Positions 9,641-18,874 of a stretch of DNA of 64,000 nt are shown here, one piece after another (positions within the stretch are counted from its first letter, which is position 1; each line of letters opens with the position of its first letter). Below the pieces are notes generated by a model, which was not told the DNA's origin, did not search any database, and saw nothing but the letters and a program-made list of their open reading frames with translations. Made by a program: the position numbers and the translations under genes. This DNA is from an uncultured Candidatus Saccharibacteria bacterium (GTDB taxonomy: Bacteria > Patescibacteriota > Dojkabacteria > J137). The stretch covers positions 43,492 through 107,491 of the forward strand of contig CAYPVU010000007.1 of NCBI GenBank assembly GCA_964414295.1, written 5' to 3'.

Positions 9641-10336
9641 ATGAACAAGATTCATAACTTTCAATCAGAATTAATTAAAAAGGTTCAATTAACAGAATCT
9701 ATATATTTGCTTGACTATACTATTCCCGATACTTTTGTTTTTACTCCAGGTCAATTTGTTGGCGCAAGAGTAATTCCTACACACACAAGAGCCTACTCAG
9801 TTGCAGATATAAATAATAATGTAATGACACTATTAGTAGATGTAAAACCCCAGGGGATTGCATCGAAATACTTTGAAAAGGTACAGGTAGGTGAGTCAAC
9901 AAATTTATTAGGTCCTTACGGAATCTATAAAGTAAAAGATACAGATTTGCCAAAAGTATTTGTTTCTACAGGTACAGGAATTGCACCTTTTGTAGCTATG
10001 ATAAAAGACTTAAGAAAAAATAAACCTAATATCCCCGTTTATAATTTCTTTGGAATAAAGGTTATGGAACATGATATTGCTTTGCCCTTTTTTAAGGATC
10101 TACTGGCTAATAACTTTAAATTTATTAATTGTGTATCTAGACAAGAAATTGAAAATTTAAATGCAGTTAATAACCAAGAAATAAAAAAAGGAAGAGTTAC
10201 AGAAGTTATTCCTACATATAACTTTGATTGGATTAATACTGAATTTTACGTGTGTGGTGGGCCAGAAATGGTTACTAGTACAGCTATTCTTTTAAAAGAA
10301 CTAGGTGCAGATAAAATTTATATAGAAAAGTATTAA
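9641..10336 (+). CDS. FAD/NAD(P)H oxidoreductase, FNR-like
   Basis: PGQF, RAYS, GIAS, GPYG, GTGIAPF, YVCGG, EKY. Confidence 0.9.
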   Translation: MNKIHNFQSELIKKVQLTESIYLLDYTIPDTFVFTPGQFVGARVIPTHTRAYSVADINNNVMTLLVDVKPQGIASKYFEKVQVGESTNLLGPYGIYKVKDTDLPKVFVSTGTGIAPFVAMIKDLRKNKPNIPVYNFFGIKVMEHDIALPFFKDLLANNFKFINCVSRQEIENLNAVNNQEIKKGRVTEVIPTYNFDWINTEFYVCGGPEMVTSTAILLKELGADKIYIEKY

Positions 10337-10337
10337 T

Positions 10338-10643
10338 ATGATTTTTACTATCAACTTTTTAAACCTTAAAATCAATTCAGAAAATTATTCTAATTTCCAT
10401 TCTAAGGTAGTTGAATTTTGTGAAGATTGTTTAGTGCACGATTGTAATACAGAAGAAGGGTTTACAATTCAGTTAAAGTCTAGAGATTTTAATAATAAAG
10501 GAAGGGTTGAGTTAAAGGCATCTTATAATCAATCTAATTCAGTAGTTGTAGAAATTGAAAAAGAATTTCAAACCCAATGGTCACTAAGTAAAATGGAAGA
10601 ATTAGTAAAATTTCTACAAGATTATGACAAATCTTTTAAATAA
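10338..10643 (+). CDS. Hypothetical protein
   Basis: 101-aa ORF tightly packed within the operon. Confidence 0.55.
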   Translation: MIFTINFLNLKINSENYSNFHSKVVEFCEDCLVHDCNTEEGFTIQLKSRDFNNKGRVELKASYNQSNSVVVEIEKEFQTQWSLSKMEELVKFLQDYDKSFK

Positions 10644-11583
10644 TCTTTCTAATACTTACGGTTTAGAATTTACCCAAATAATTAGTCATTCAGAAAAAGG
10701 CTATAGAAATAAAAATCTTATCCTAAAAACAGAGAGCCACAACTATAATCTAGTTATTTATAAGCGAGAAGAAAGTATTTTAAGAACAATCAAAAATACA
10801 AATCATTTTTATGAATATTTAAATTCTAATAATATACCTACAAGAAAAGTTATTAGAACTAAGAATAAAAAAGATATTATTGTTTTAAAATCTAATAACT
10901 TAAATTACTATGCTTCTTTATATTCTTACATAGAAGGAAATACTCTTCCGTGGGAAGGATGGAATAAATCCCACTTAAAAACTATAGGCTATACCCTTGC
11001 TTTAATTCATTCTTTTAAAACTCCAGAAAAGTTAACCTATTTGAATAATGTTATAGATATAGAAATTGAACATTTAAATATAATGCAGACTTACTTTTCT
11101 AATAAAGATGTATCTAGGGCATTAAGTACTAAATTAAAACTTTTAGTAAATAAGGATTATTTAGAAAGTTTCTACTCTACTTTTACTACATTAAGATCTA
11201 AAAAAAGTGTAAGTCTTTTACATATGGACTTAGTTAGGGGAAATGTAATTTGGAATAATAAAAACTTAGCAGGAATTATAGATGGTGAAAAAGTATGTAA
11301 TGGACTACCTATTTTTGAAGTTGCAAGAACATTTTCTTTTTTATTAGTTGACTGTAAATACAAATCTGCAAAAGAAGTTTTTAAATACTTTTTAGTAAAA
11401 GGGTATTTAAAAGAAAGAAAGTTATTTAACGGTGAGTTTTTGCAAACCTTAGTAGATTTTTATTTGATTTATGATTTTTATAAGTTCTTAAAACACAGCC
11501 CGTACGAGTCTTTAGAAAAAAATGAGCATTTTTTGAGAACAAGATTTATACTATTGAAAAGAAAAATTCTAATTACTCAATGA
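10624..11583 (+). CDS. APH/choline kinase/homoserine kinase II-like phosphotransferase
   Basis: Brenner-type HMDLVRGNV and IIDGE motifs; LALIH. Confidence 0.8.
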   Translation: MTNLLNNLSNTYGLEFTQIISHSEKGYRNKNLILKTESHNYNLVIYKREESILRTIKNTNHFYEYLNSNNIPTRKVIRTKNKKDIIVLKSNNLNYYASLYSYIEGNTLPWEGWNKSHLKTIGYTLALIHSFKTPEKLTYLNNVIDIEIEHLNIMQTYFSNKDVSRALSTKLKLLVNKDYLESFYSTFTTLRSKKSVSLLHMDLVRGNVIWNNKNLAGIIDGEKVCNGLPIFEVARTFSFLLVDCKYKSAKEVFKYFLVKGYLKERKLFNGEFLQTLVDFYLIYDFYKFLKHSPYESLEKNEHFLRTRFILLKRKILITQ

Positions 11584-12296
11584 ACCACCTAGAAAGAATA
11601 AAAAAATTAAAGGTTTTATTTGATGACGGACAAATTCCAACCTTAGCTGTTCACGAAGTCCATCCTGATTTACCTAAGAACGATAGAATAAATTATATCT
11701 ACTTTACTCTACCTGTTAGTATTAACTTTCAAAGAAGTTCACCAGCAATGTGGCAGGCTGCTTTTGCAACCTATAATGATCCAGAAACTAATTATTTATT
11801 TTATCCAGAAGAAGTTGTAAAAAGAACCAGAGAAGAAGTAATGAGAGATTTAACTAAACACAAACTTGGACTTCAAAAAAATAAACATACTGATATTTGG
11901 ATAGCATTATCGACTACCCTATTTAATGAATATAGTTCTGATCCTAGAGAAATTATAAAAAAAGGAAGAGGTTGTGCAGTTCAAGTTAAAAATATTCTAA
12001 TAAATAATAAAAAGAAATTTCCTTATTTGAACGGACTTAAATTATCTAATTATTGGCTGTATATCTTATCTAAATATACAGACGTAAAATTGCGTAATTC
12101 TCATAAGATCTCAATAATTCCTGATACTCATGTAATTCAATCAACAATTAAATTAGGTCTTTCACCGGATAATGTAACATCAGCACAAGTAGAACAGATC
12201 TGGGAAAGTTTATTAAAAGAAAGTGGAATTTCACCTGTAGAAATGCATCCTGTGTTATGGAATTGGAGTAGAAACAATTTTTTACCTAGCGTTTAA
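11580..12296 (+). CDS. HhH-GPD-like DNA glycosylase-fold protein
   Basis: FPYLNGLKLSNYW and IIPDTHVIQSTIKLG resemble the HhH and D-x-H-V signatures. Confidence 0.5.
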   Translation: MNHLERIKKLKVLFDDGQIPTLAVHEVHPDLPKNDRINYIYFTLPVSINFQRSSPAMWQAAFATYNDPETNYLFYPEEVVKRTREEVMRDLTKHKLGLQKNKHTDIWIALSTTLFNEYSSDPREIIKKGRGCAVQVKNILINNKKKFPYLNGLKLSNYWLYILSKYTDVKLRNSHKISIIPDTHVIQSTIKLGLSPDNVTSAQVEQIWESLLKESGISPVEMHPVLWNWSRNNFLPSV

Positions 12297-12313
12297 TATT
12301 TTAAAATCTATTT

Positions 12314-12868
12314 ATGAAAGCATGGAAGAAAAGATTAGTTGATCAAAGTGATTTAATGACACTTCAAGAAAAACTAAAAGAAAAAGGAAAAAAGGTAGTC
12401 TTTACTGCAGGGTCCTGGGATTTACTTCATGTAGGTCAAACAAGATATTTAGAAGAGGCAAAAAGCTATGGTGATGTTTTAGTTGTTGGTGTTAGCAGCA
12501 ATGCTGCAATTAGAAAGGTAAAAGGACCAAATAAACCGATTCTAGATGAAATGATTAGAGCAGAAATGCTTACTTATTTAAGATCTGTTGATTTTGTAAC
12601 TATTTTACCTGAACCAAGTTGTCAGCCTACTTTAGGTTTATTAAGACCAGATGTATATGTAACAGTAAAAGAAGATTGGACAGAAAATTATAAAGAATCT
12701 AAAGAATATAAAACTGTAGTTAAATATGGAGGGGAAGTAATAATTGTAGATAGACAGTCTACTACTTTATCTACAACTAAAATTGTTCAAAGAGCCATTG
12801 GCGGACACTTAGGCGAAATCTTTAAAGACTTTATTGAATTAAGAAAAGATCCTTTAAAAGAAAAATAA
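12314..12868 (+). CDS. Cytidylyltransferase-family (RfaE domain II/TagD-like) nucleotidyltransferase
   Basis: FTAGSWDLLHVGQ, GDVLVVGVSS, KGPNKP, LSTTKI. Confidence 0.9.
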   Translation: MKAWKKRLVDQSDLMTLQEKLKEKGKKVVFTAGSWDLLHVGQTRYLEEAKSYGDVLVVGVSSNAAIRKVKGPNKPILDEMIRAEMLTYLRSVDFVTILPEPSCQPTLGLLRPDVYVTVKEDWTENYKESKEYKTVVKYGGEVIIVDRQSTTLSTTKIVQRAIGGHLGEIFKDFIELRKDPLKEK

Positions 12869-12891
12869 TTAAGGTCTTAAATCACTATCAG

Positions 12892-14235
12892 TTATAAAGT
12901 CTGTAATTTGAGATTTTCTAAAAATGGCCATGGAGTTTCTTGCATATGCCAGTAATCGCTATCTAAAAAGTAAAGATTTCTATGGTCATTTAAATAGTAT
13001 TTAAGAACCAGGTAGTCGAATGGGGATTCAACTACTACCCTACGTGATGATTCTGCACCTGCTCTTAATTCTTCTATATTATTAAATACTTTATTAGAAT
13101 TTACCCAATTTAATTGAGTTAATAATAGTAAGTAAATTGCTGCACTTGTAATTATAAATTTAAGATCTTGTCTGCTTACATAAATACCAATCCATACTAT
13201 AAATACTACAGATAAGAATATTAAATATCTTGGTAAAAAGATATTAATACCAAATAAACTTACGATTGTTACTGCAACAATATTAAATAAAAGCAATTTA
13301 GAAATTCCTTTTACAACTTTATTCTTCTCATCAAACCCTTTTAAAATAAATATAATTACCAGTACTAACAATACAATGAATACGGGAGTTAGGTTTTCTA
13401 TAAAATTAAATTTAAATACCGGTTGTTTAGAAATGGCTTGGTTGTCTAACCCAAATATAAATGAGTATAAAACTTCTCCAATTTCTAATGGCTGTGCATC
13501 TGATAACCAGGAAGTATGAGTTATATTTTTAGGAAAGATTCTATAATCTCCATTACTAATCATTCCTTTAAATAATATAAGAGCTAAGATTGCTACCATT
13601 GCAATCCACATTAACTTTTCTAGTTTAGGAAATAACCTGAGTACAAAAAATACACCAAAACTTAAAATTAAAGGAATACTTAAGTAGTGTGTAAATATCA
13701 TTAAAATACTTACAACTGCTAAATATTTAAAGTATCTTAAATTAATTAGTGATTTTACATCTTTAAATTTAGTACTGTATATTTTTAAAAATAAAACAAC
13801 AGCTACTAAAACTTCTAAAGCCAGCATAATATAAGATCTTGCTTCTAAAGAATACAAAATAAAAAATGGGCTTAACGAAAATATTCCAGATGTTATTAAT
13901 GCTGCTTTTGTACCAATTAATCTTTTTATTAAATAATAAGAAGCAATAATTAACCCTACTCCAAATATAAAAGAAAACCCCTTAAGTGCAAGTTCGGTAT
14001 TCCCCCAGATTGCAGTCCATAACTTTAATAAAAGATAATAAAGTGGTGGATGTACTCTATCTTGTGCAATGATAGAAAAGATTCCATTTAAATCTTCTCT
14101 TACCATAATTCCGCTAAATGCCTCGTCGTACCATAACGAAGAATTGTTTAACACATTTAATCTAGAAATTATTCCTAAAACTAGAATAGGCAGAAAGCTT
14201 ATTAGTCCTATATTCTTAAGAATTTTTTGGTACAT
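12892..14235 (-). CDS. Membrane glycosyltransferase, GT39/PMT/ArnT-like
   Basis: SLWYDEA, HPPLYY, EARSY, THY; many transmembrane segments. Confidence 0.85.
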   Translation of the reverse strand: MYQKILKNIGLISFLPILVLGIISRLNVLNNSSLWYDEAFSGIMVREDLNGIFSIIAQDRVHPPLYYLLLKLWTAIWGNTELALKGFSFIFGVGLIIASYYLIKRLIGTKAALITSGIFSLSPFFILYSLEARSYIMLALEVLVAVVLFLKIYSTKFKDVKSLINLRYFKYLAVVSILMIFTHYLSIPLILSFGVFFVLRLFPKLEKLMWIAMVAILALILFKGMISNGDYRIFPKNITHTSWLSDAQPLEIGEVLYSFIFGLDNQAISKQPVFKFNFIENLTPVFIVLLVLVIIFILKGFDEKNKVVKGISKLLLFNIVAVTIVSLFGINIFLPRYLIFLSVVFIVWIGIYVSRQDLKFIITSAAIYLLLLTQLNWVNSNKVFNNIEELRAGAESSRRVVVESPFDYLVLKYYLNDHRNLYFLDSDYWHMQETPWPFLENLKLQTL

Positions 14236-14308
14236 TTTGAATAGTTGATATATATTGTAAGAGTTACGTATTAATTTTACTAAGTTTATTCTAAATTAAA
14301 CATATCCT

Positions 14309-15280
14309 ATGTCACTTTCACAGGAGGAAATGAAGAACGCCCGAACTTCAGGCAATTACGATCACATTTGGCAGAACACTGGTAAATGCGTATTTTGCGA
14401 CTTAAAAGATAAATATATTATTCATAAAGAAAATGGAATTGCTTTAACTGTAAACTTATTCCCCTATATTGATGGACAATTAATGGCTATTCCTTTAAGA
14501 CACGTAGCAAGTCCTAAAGAACTTACTCAAAGTGAATGGGAAACAATGCGTAAATTTGCTTACCTTGCTAGAAAAATGATAAAGGACATACATAAAATAA
14601 AAGGAATGTGGACTTTAATGCGGGAAGGTGGTGTAGATGCGCAAATGTCTGTGAGTGATCATTTACATATGCAGTTTATTCCTTTTGATAAAGCAGATCT
14701 ATGTACATGGAATTATAGAGAATTAAAACATACTCCAATAGAAAATGCCGATCTATATTTAAAAAACATTAAAGAGTTTATTAAGGACTATAGTAAATTT
14801 GATAATAAATATTTAAATCTTAATAGTGTTCCTGTTGTATTAGACTTAATGATAATTAACCAAGATAAAAAAGTTTGTTTCCAAGAAAGAAAAGATGAAT
14901 ATAAATTTGATCCTGACATCTTAACTTTGCCCGGCGGACATGTTGATAACTATTCAATAGATTTAAAACAATCACTAGCCAGAGAAGTAAAAGAAGAAAT
15001 TTGTTATGACTTAAATGTTGAGGAAATAACTTTAGTTGATTCTAGATTAAGTAGTTTAAACTGGCCAATTGATTTTAAAAATGTAGATCAGAGAATTAGT
15101 CAGCCAAAAACGTTTTTGTGGAATACATATTTATTAACTAACTTTAATAAAGAAGATAGTTTAATTCCTGATGATGACTGCAAAGAAATTTTATGGCTTT
15201 CTGAATCTGATATTACAAAAGCTACAAATATTTCTAAAGAACTTAAACAAATAGTTTTACAAACACTAAAAGCATTATGA
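14309..15280 (+). CDS. HIT-family (HxHxQ type) + NUDIX fusion protein
   Basis: CVFC, NLFPY, HLHMQ; C-terminal PGGHVD...LAREVKEEI. Confidence 0.85.
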   Translation: MSLSQEEMKNARTSGNYDHIWQNTGKCVFCDLKDKYIIHKENGIALTVNLFPYIDGQLMAIPLRHVASPKELTQSEWETMRKFAYLARKMIKDIHKIKGMWTLMREGGVDAQMSVSDHLHMQFIPFDKADLCTWNYRELKHTPIENADLYLKNIKEFIKDYSKFDNKYLNLNSVPVVLDLMIINQDKKVCFQERKDEYKFDPDILTLPGGHVDNYSIDLKQSLAREVKEEICYDLNVEEITLVDSRLSSLNWPIDFKNVDQRISQPKTFLWNTYLLTNFNKEDSLIPDDDCKEILWLSESDITKATNISKELKQIVLQTLKAL

Positions 15281-16230
15281 GAATTGATTGGAACGAAATT
15301 GTATTTAAAGATAAATCAGAACTTAAGGCAAAAAACTATATTTTTATAGTTGGATTTAGAGAAATATCTTCTAAAAGACTTTTAGAATTGGTAAAAACGT
15401 ACTTACCTAAATCCAATTTGTTAATAGGGGCCTTAAGAGAAGACTACATAGAGGGCTTTGAAGAACAACCACAATTTAAGACAATGTCTAAAAGTAAATT
15501 AAATAAGTTTGTTGAAAAACTTAATAGTTCTAAATTACAAAATTCTTTAGATTTAATTGAATACTTTCAAAGAGATACTGCAGCTATTATAAGCAAATTA
15601 AAACCATCTCAAGTTATTTTAGTAAATGGCTCGTGGTCTAAAACTTTTCACTTAAGACCGGAGTTTTTTGAATTAGTTAAAAATAATATTAAATATAAAT
15701 TTGTGTCTCCATTCAGTACAGAAGAAGAAGCTAAGGAATATGCAATTAATATGGAGTCAACAATTAATAATCTTATTGAATTAGATTTTAAAAAAGAATT
15801 TACGGATAAAGAGTTAATGCAGCTTGTTAAGTCAGTTTCAAAAAAATCATTTGATTGGACTTATCAAATAGGTGCATTACTTGTAAACAATAATAAAGTA
15901 GTTCTTTCTACTTACAATAAGACTCTTCCCTATAGTACTTATGCAATGCATTTTGGATCTAATAGAGAAAAGGAATTTAGTCCGCCTGGAGATCTTAACA
16001 ACTACGATACTATACATGCAGAAGCAAACCTAATAGTAGAAGCCGGCAAAAAGAATATAGATTTAAGTAATACTTCAATCTATATAAATCTGCTCCCCTG
16101 CCCTACTTGTGCAAAGTTAATAGCAGAAAGCAATATTAAAGAAATTGTATATTCAGAAGATCATAGTGAAGGTTACGCTGTAAAGTTATTAGAGAGTATG
16201 GGTAAATTGGTTAGAAGAGTCGTTTTATAA
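15277..16230 (+). CDS. dCMP-deaminase family protein with an extra N-terminal alpha/beta domain
   Basis: C-terminal IHAEANLI and PCPTC Zn motifs; ~170-aa N-terminal region unassigned. Confidence 0.8.
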   Translation: MRIDWNEIVFKDKSELKAKNYIFIVGFREISSKRLLELVKTYLPKSNLLIGALREDYIEGFEEQPQFKTMSKSKLNKFVEKLNSSKLQNSLDLIEYFQRDTAAIISKLKPSQVILVNGSWSKTFHLRPEFFELVKNNIKYKFVSPFSTEEEAKEYAINMESTINNLIELDFKKEFTDKELMQLVKSVSKKSFDWTYQIGALLVNNNKVVLSTYNKTLPYSTYAMHFGSNREKEFSPPGDLNNYDTIHAEANLIVEAGKKNIDLSNTSIYINLLPCPTCAKLIAESNIKEIVYSEDHSEGYAVKLLESMGKLVRRVVL

Positions 16231-16314
16231 ACTTACACTCCCCTTACTGCACTCTACTTATACTAAAAAGTTAAACCTGCTATACTTTTACTAATATCTT
16301 TAAAAATTCTTCTA

Positions 16315-17133
16315 ATGAAAGGTAAAAATTTTTTATTGGTTTTTACAATACTAGCTGCATGTTTAACTATTAGTATTCTTCTTGTTGCAGTTACATTGCT
16401 TGCAACAAATACTATTAATCAGAATAAACAAATTGAAGAATTAAAGACTCAAATAGATTCAATGAACTTATCTCAAGGTACTTCAATGCCTACAGAAATA
16501 GAAGAAGATACTTGGTCAGTTACTACAAAATCAGATATAGAGGAAACAGCAAGTTATTCTGTAAGTATTTTATATCCTAACTTTTCTCATCCTCAACATA
16601 TGGATATAGCTTCAGATTTAAATAATTATGTATCTCAATCTATTCTACAGTATAAAAAAGATACAATGTTTACAGACACAATTAGCAGTTCTAAATCTAC
16701 ATTAGATTTAGATTATGATATTAAATTTTTAAATGATAACTTAGTAAGCTTATTAATATCAGGTAGCCAATACAGTGGAGGAGCTCATCCAAGCGGAGTT
16801 TATATTTCTATAAATTATGATTTAAAAAATAATCAACCTTTAGAGTTGCAAGATTTATTTAATCCTGCATCTGGTTATTTAAATTCTCTTTCTATTAATA
16901 CAAAAGCAGCTTTATTAGAAAAATTTGGTACAGATGCAGATGAAAGCTTTATTGAAGGTGGAACATCTGCAGAAGTTAATAACTTTAAAATATTTAATAT
17001 CTCTGATGGCAGGTTAATTATTACATTCCCTGAATATCAGGTAGCTCCTTATGCAGTAGGTTCTCAGCAAGTAGAATTAAATTTAGATGATTATAGTTCT
17101 ATGTTTAGATCTGAATTCTCAGCTCTATTGTAA
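16315..17133 (+). CDS. RsiV/DUF3298-DUF4163-like membrane-anchored protein
   Basis: N-terminal TM helix, YSGGAHP, LQDLF, FPEYQVAPYAVG. Confidence 0.8.
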   Translation: MKGKNFLLVFTILAACLTISILLVAVTLLATNTINQNKQIEELKTQIDSMNLSQGTSMPTEIEEDTWSVTTKSDIEETASYSVSILYPNFSHPQHMDIASDLNNYVSQSILQYKKDTMFTDTISSSKSTLDLDYDIKFLNDNLVSLLISGSQYSGGAHPSGVYISINYDLKNNQPLELQDLFNPASGYLNSLSINTKAALLEKFGTDADESFIEGGTSAEVNNFKIFNISDGRLIITFPEYQVAPYAVGSQQVELNLDDYSSMFRSEFSALL

Positions 17134-17138
17134 TGATT

Positions 17139-17166
17139 AAGCGGCGGGCTAAAGCCCGCCGCTTTT
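17139..17166. terminator. Bidirectional intrinsic terminator
   Basis: AAGCGGCGGGCT-AA-AGCCCGCCGCTT-TT between convergent genes. Confidence 0.85.
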
Positions 17167-17168
17167 AA

Positions 17169-18686
17169 TTAATGTGTATTTCTTTGGAATTCCCCAGAAG
17201 TTGAAATTAAATTAAGTGGTGAAGGATTTATATTTTGCATTTCCGTTACATCTTTTGCTCCTCTAAATACTAAAGATAAAATTGCATCTTCAATTAGTAG
17301 ATGTAAATTATAGGTTAAAGTTGGTCTTACATGTTTTATATAGCTCATTGCAGCTTTTGTAACTTCTCCTTCTACAAAGGATGGAATATCAAAAGGTAAT
17401 AGTTTCCCATCTAAGTATTTTGTTCTGGCAGATGCTTCTCCACCGTAAGGTTTAAACATCTTTCCATTACTATCTACGCAGTATAGTATTCCACCAGGAG
17501 ATTCAATTGTCCCTCCACTAACTATTCTGCTTACACTTATTCCACTAGCTCCCAATAATAAAGATACAGCAATATGATCACTTGCTCCGCCTTCAGCAAT
17601 TACAGGTATATTTATTTCTCCTCTTAATGCAAATACAAGTTCCGGCCAATCTATTGCTGAACCACTTCTTACCCCGGTAATGCATCTTCCTCCGCCTCCT
17701 ATTCCTACAAATAATCCATCTGCTCCTGCTGCTTCTAAATCTTTTGCCTGTTTTACATCTACAACTTGTCCTGCCCATATTTCTACACTATCACCTAATT
17801 CTTTTCTTAATACTTTTACAGTTTCTAGTGCTTCTGTACCAGGTTCAGGTGAATATACTCTAAAGCTTCTTACGCCTGCGTCATAAAGTGCCTGAGCTCT
17901 AACCATTACCTTTTTAGGATTTGTTTCTAATGTTCCACAAACATTTCTTTTCCACATTTCTAATATCTCTTCTTTATCTTCTCTATTTTGTAATATTTCT
18001 TCTGCCATTTGATCTAGCCATACAAAAACTTCTTTTGCTAAATCAGTTTGTCTTTCTAAAGAAGAAGTTAAACCGTTTCTTGGGACACCCGCTAAACAGT
18101 GACTTGCAGCCATTGTTGCAATTGCTGGTGCACTATTCCAAACATCTGGAGATGCAGAACTTACAAAAATGCTTCTAGCTTGTCTGCCTAATTTTACAAA
18201 TGGACCGCTAGCATATCTTTCTTTTCTACTTATTCTTTGATTCTGTGAGCCTTCAATTGAAGATCCTAAATCTCCTACAGATAATGCAATCCCATTTTTT
18301 AATGCATAATCAATTGCATTTGATTTTACTTTTTTAGGTGCTTCAAAATTTCTTTTATTAACTTCTTTTAAATAATGCATTCTTAATGGATGATTAAACA
18401 TTTCTAAAAAGAATCTTCGCATTCTTAATGTTTCTATTAATTGTTCTTGCGGAAGTAAACTTAACGATTTTATATCTAAATAATCAAATGGAGTTTGAAG
18501 TAATCCTTGACTTGGATATACATATTTTGCTTCTTTACTTAATGCATACCATTTCTCTAAATAATTATGATGATTTTTTTCGTGTTCTTCTAATGCTTTT
18601 TTTATTCTTTGAGAACCAGATTCTGGATTCATTAATTCTTCATAATCTTCACGCAGTTTATCTAATGAAATACTTTTTTTAGCCAT
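17169..18686 (-). CDS. Divergent IMP dehydrogenase/GMP reductase-family protein
   Basis: AGQVV, AGADGLFVGIGGGGRCITG (catalytic Cys loop), PVIAEGG, ESPG, KPYGGEAS, VEG. Confidence 0.8.
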   Translation of the reverse strand: MAKKSISLDKLREDYEELMNPESGSQRIKKALEEHEKNHHNYLEKWYALSKEAKYVYPSQGLLQTPFDYLDIKSLSLLPQEQLIETLRMRRFFLEMFNHPLRMHYLKEVNKRNFEAPKKVKSNAIDYALKNGIALSVGDLGSSIEGSQNQRISRKERYASGPFVKLGRQARSIFVSSASPDVWNSAPAIATMAASHCLAGVPRNGLTSSLERQTDLAKEVFVWLDQMAEEILQNREDKEEILEMWKRNVCGTLETNPKKVMVRAQALYDAGVRSFRVYSPEPGTEALETVKVLRKELGDSVEIWAGQVVDVKQAKDLEAAGADGLFVGIGGGGRCITGVRSGSAIDWPELVFALRGEINIPVIAEGGASDHIAVSLLLGASGISVSRIVSGGTIESPGGILYCVDSNGKMFKPYGGEASARTKYLDGKLLPFDIPSFVEGEVTKAAMSYIKHVRPTLTYNLHLLIEDAILSLVFRGAKDVTEMQNINPSPLNLISTSGEFQRNTH

Positions 18687-18874
18687 ACAAAAAGGTTAAA
18701 AAATAATAGCTCTTAATTGAGGAAAAAATAATAAATGGAGATGATTTAATCTTTTATTCATTATGCATTCTTATAATATAGGACAAAACAATTCTAGTCT
18801 AGTTTAGTACGGGATTTTTTATTGTTTTGTGTTTGGAATTTTGTAGTGTAAAATATTTAGATTTTAAAATAAAT

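Noticed and set aside
17593-18682. Short ORFs nested in the IMPDH-like gene, and similar shadow ORFs elsewhere (e.g. 8934, 24658, 29720, 36513, 51894)
   Set aside because: Antisense or out-of-frame shadows of well-supported genes.
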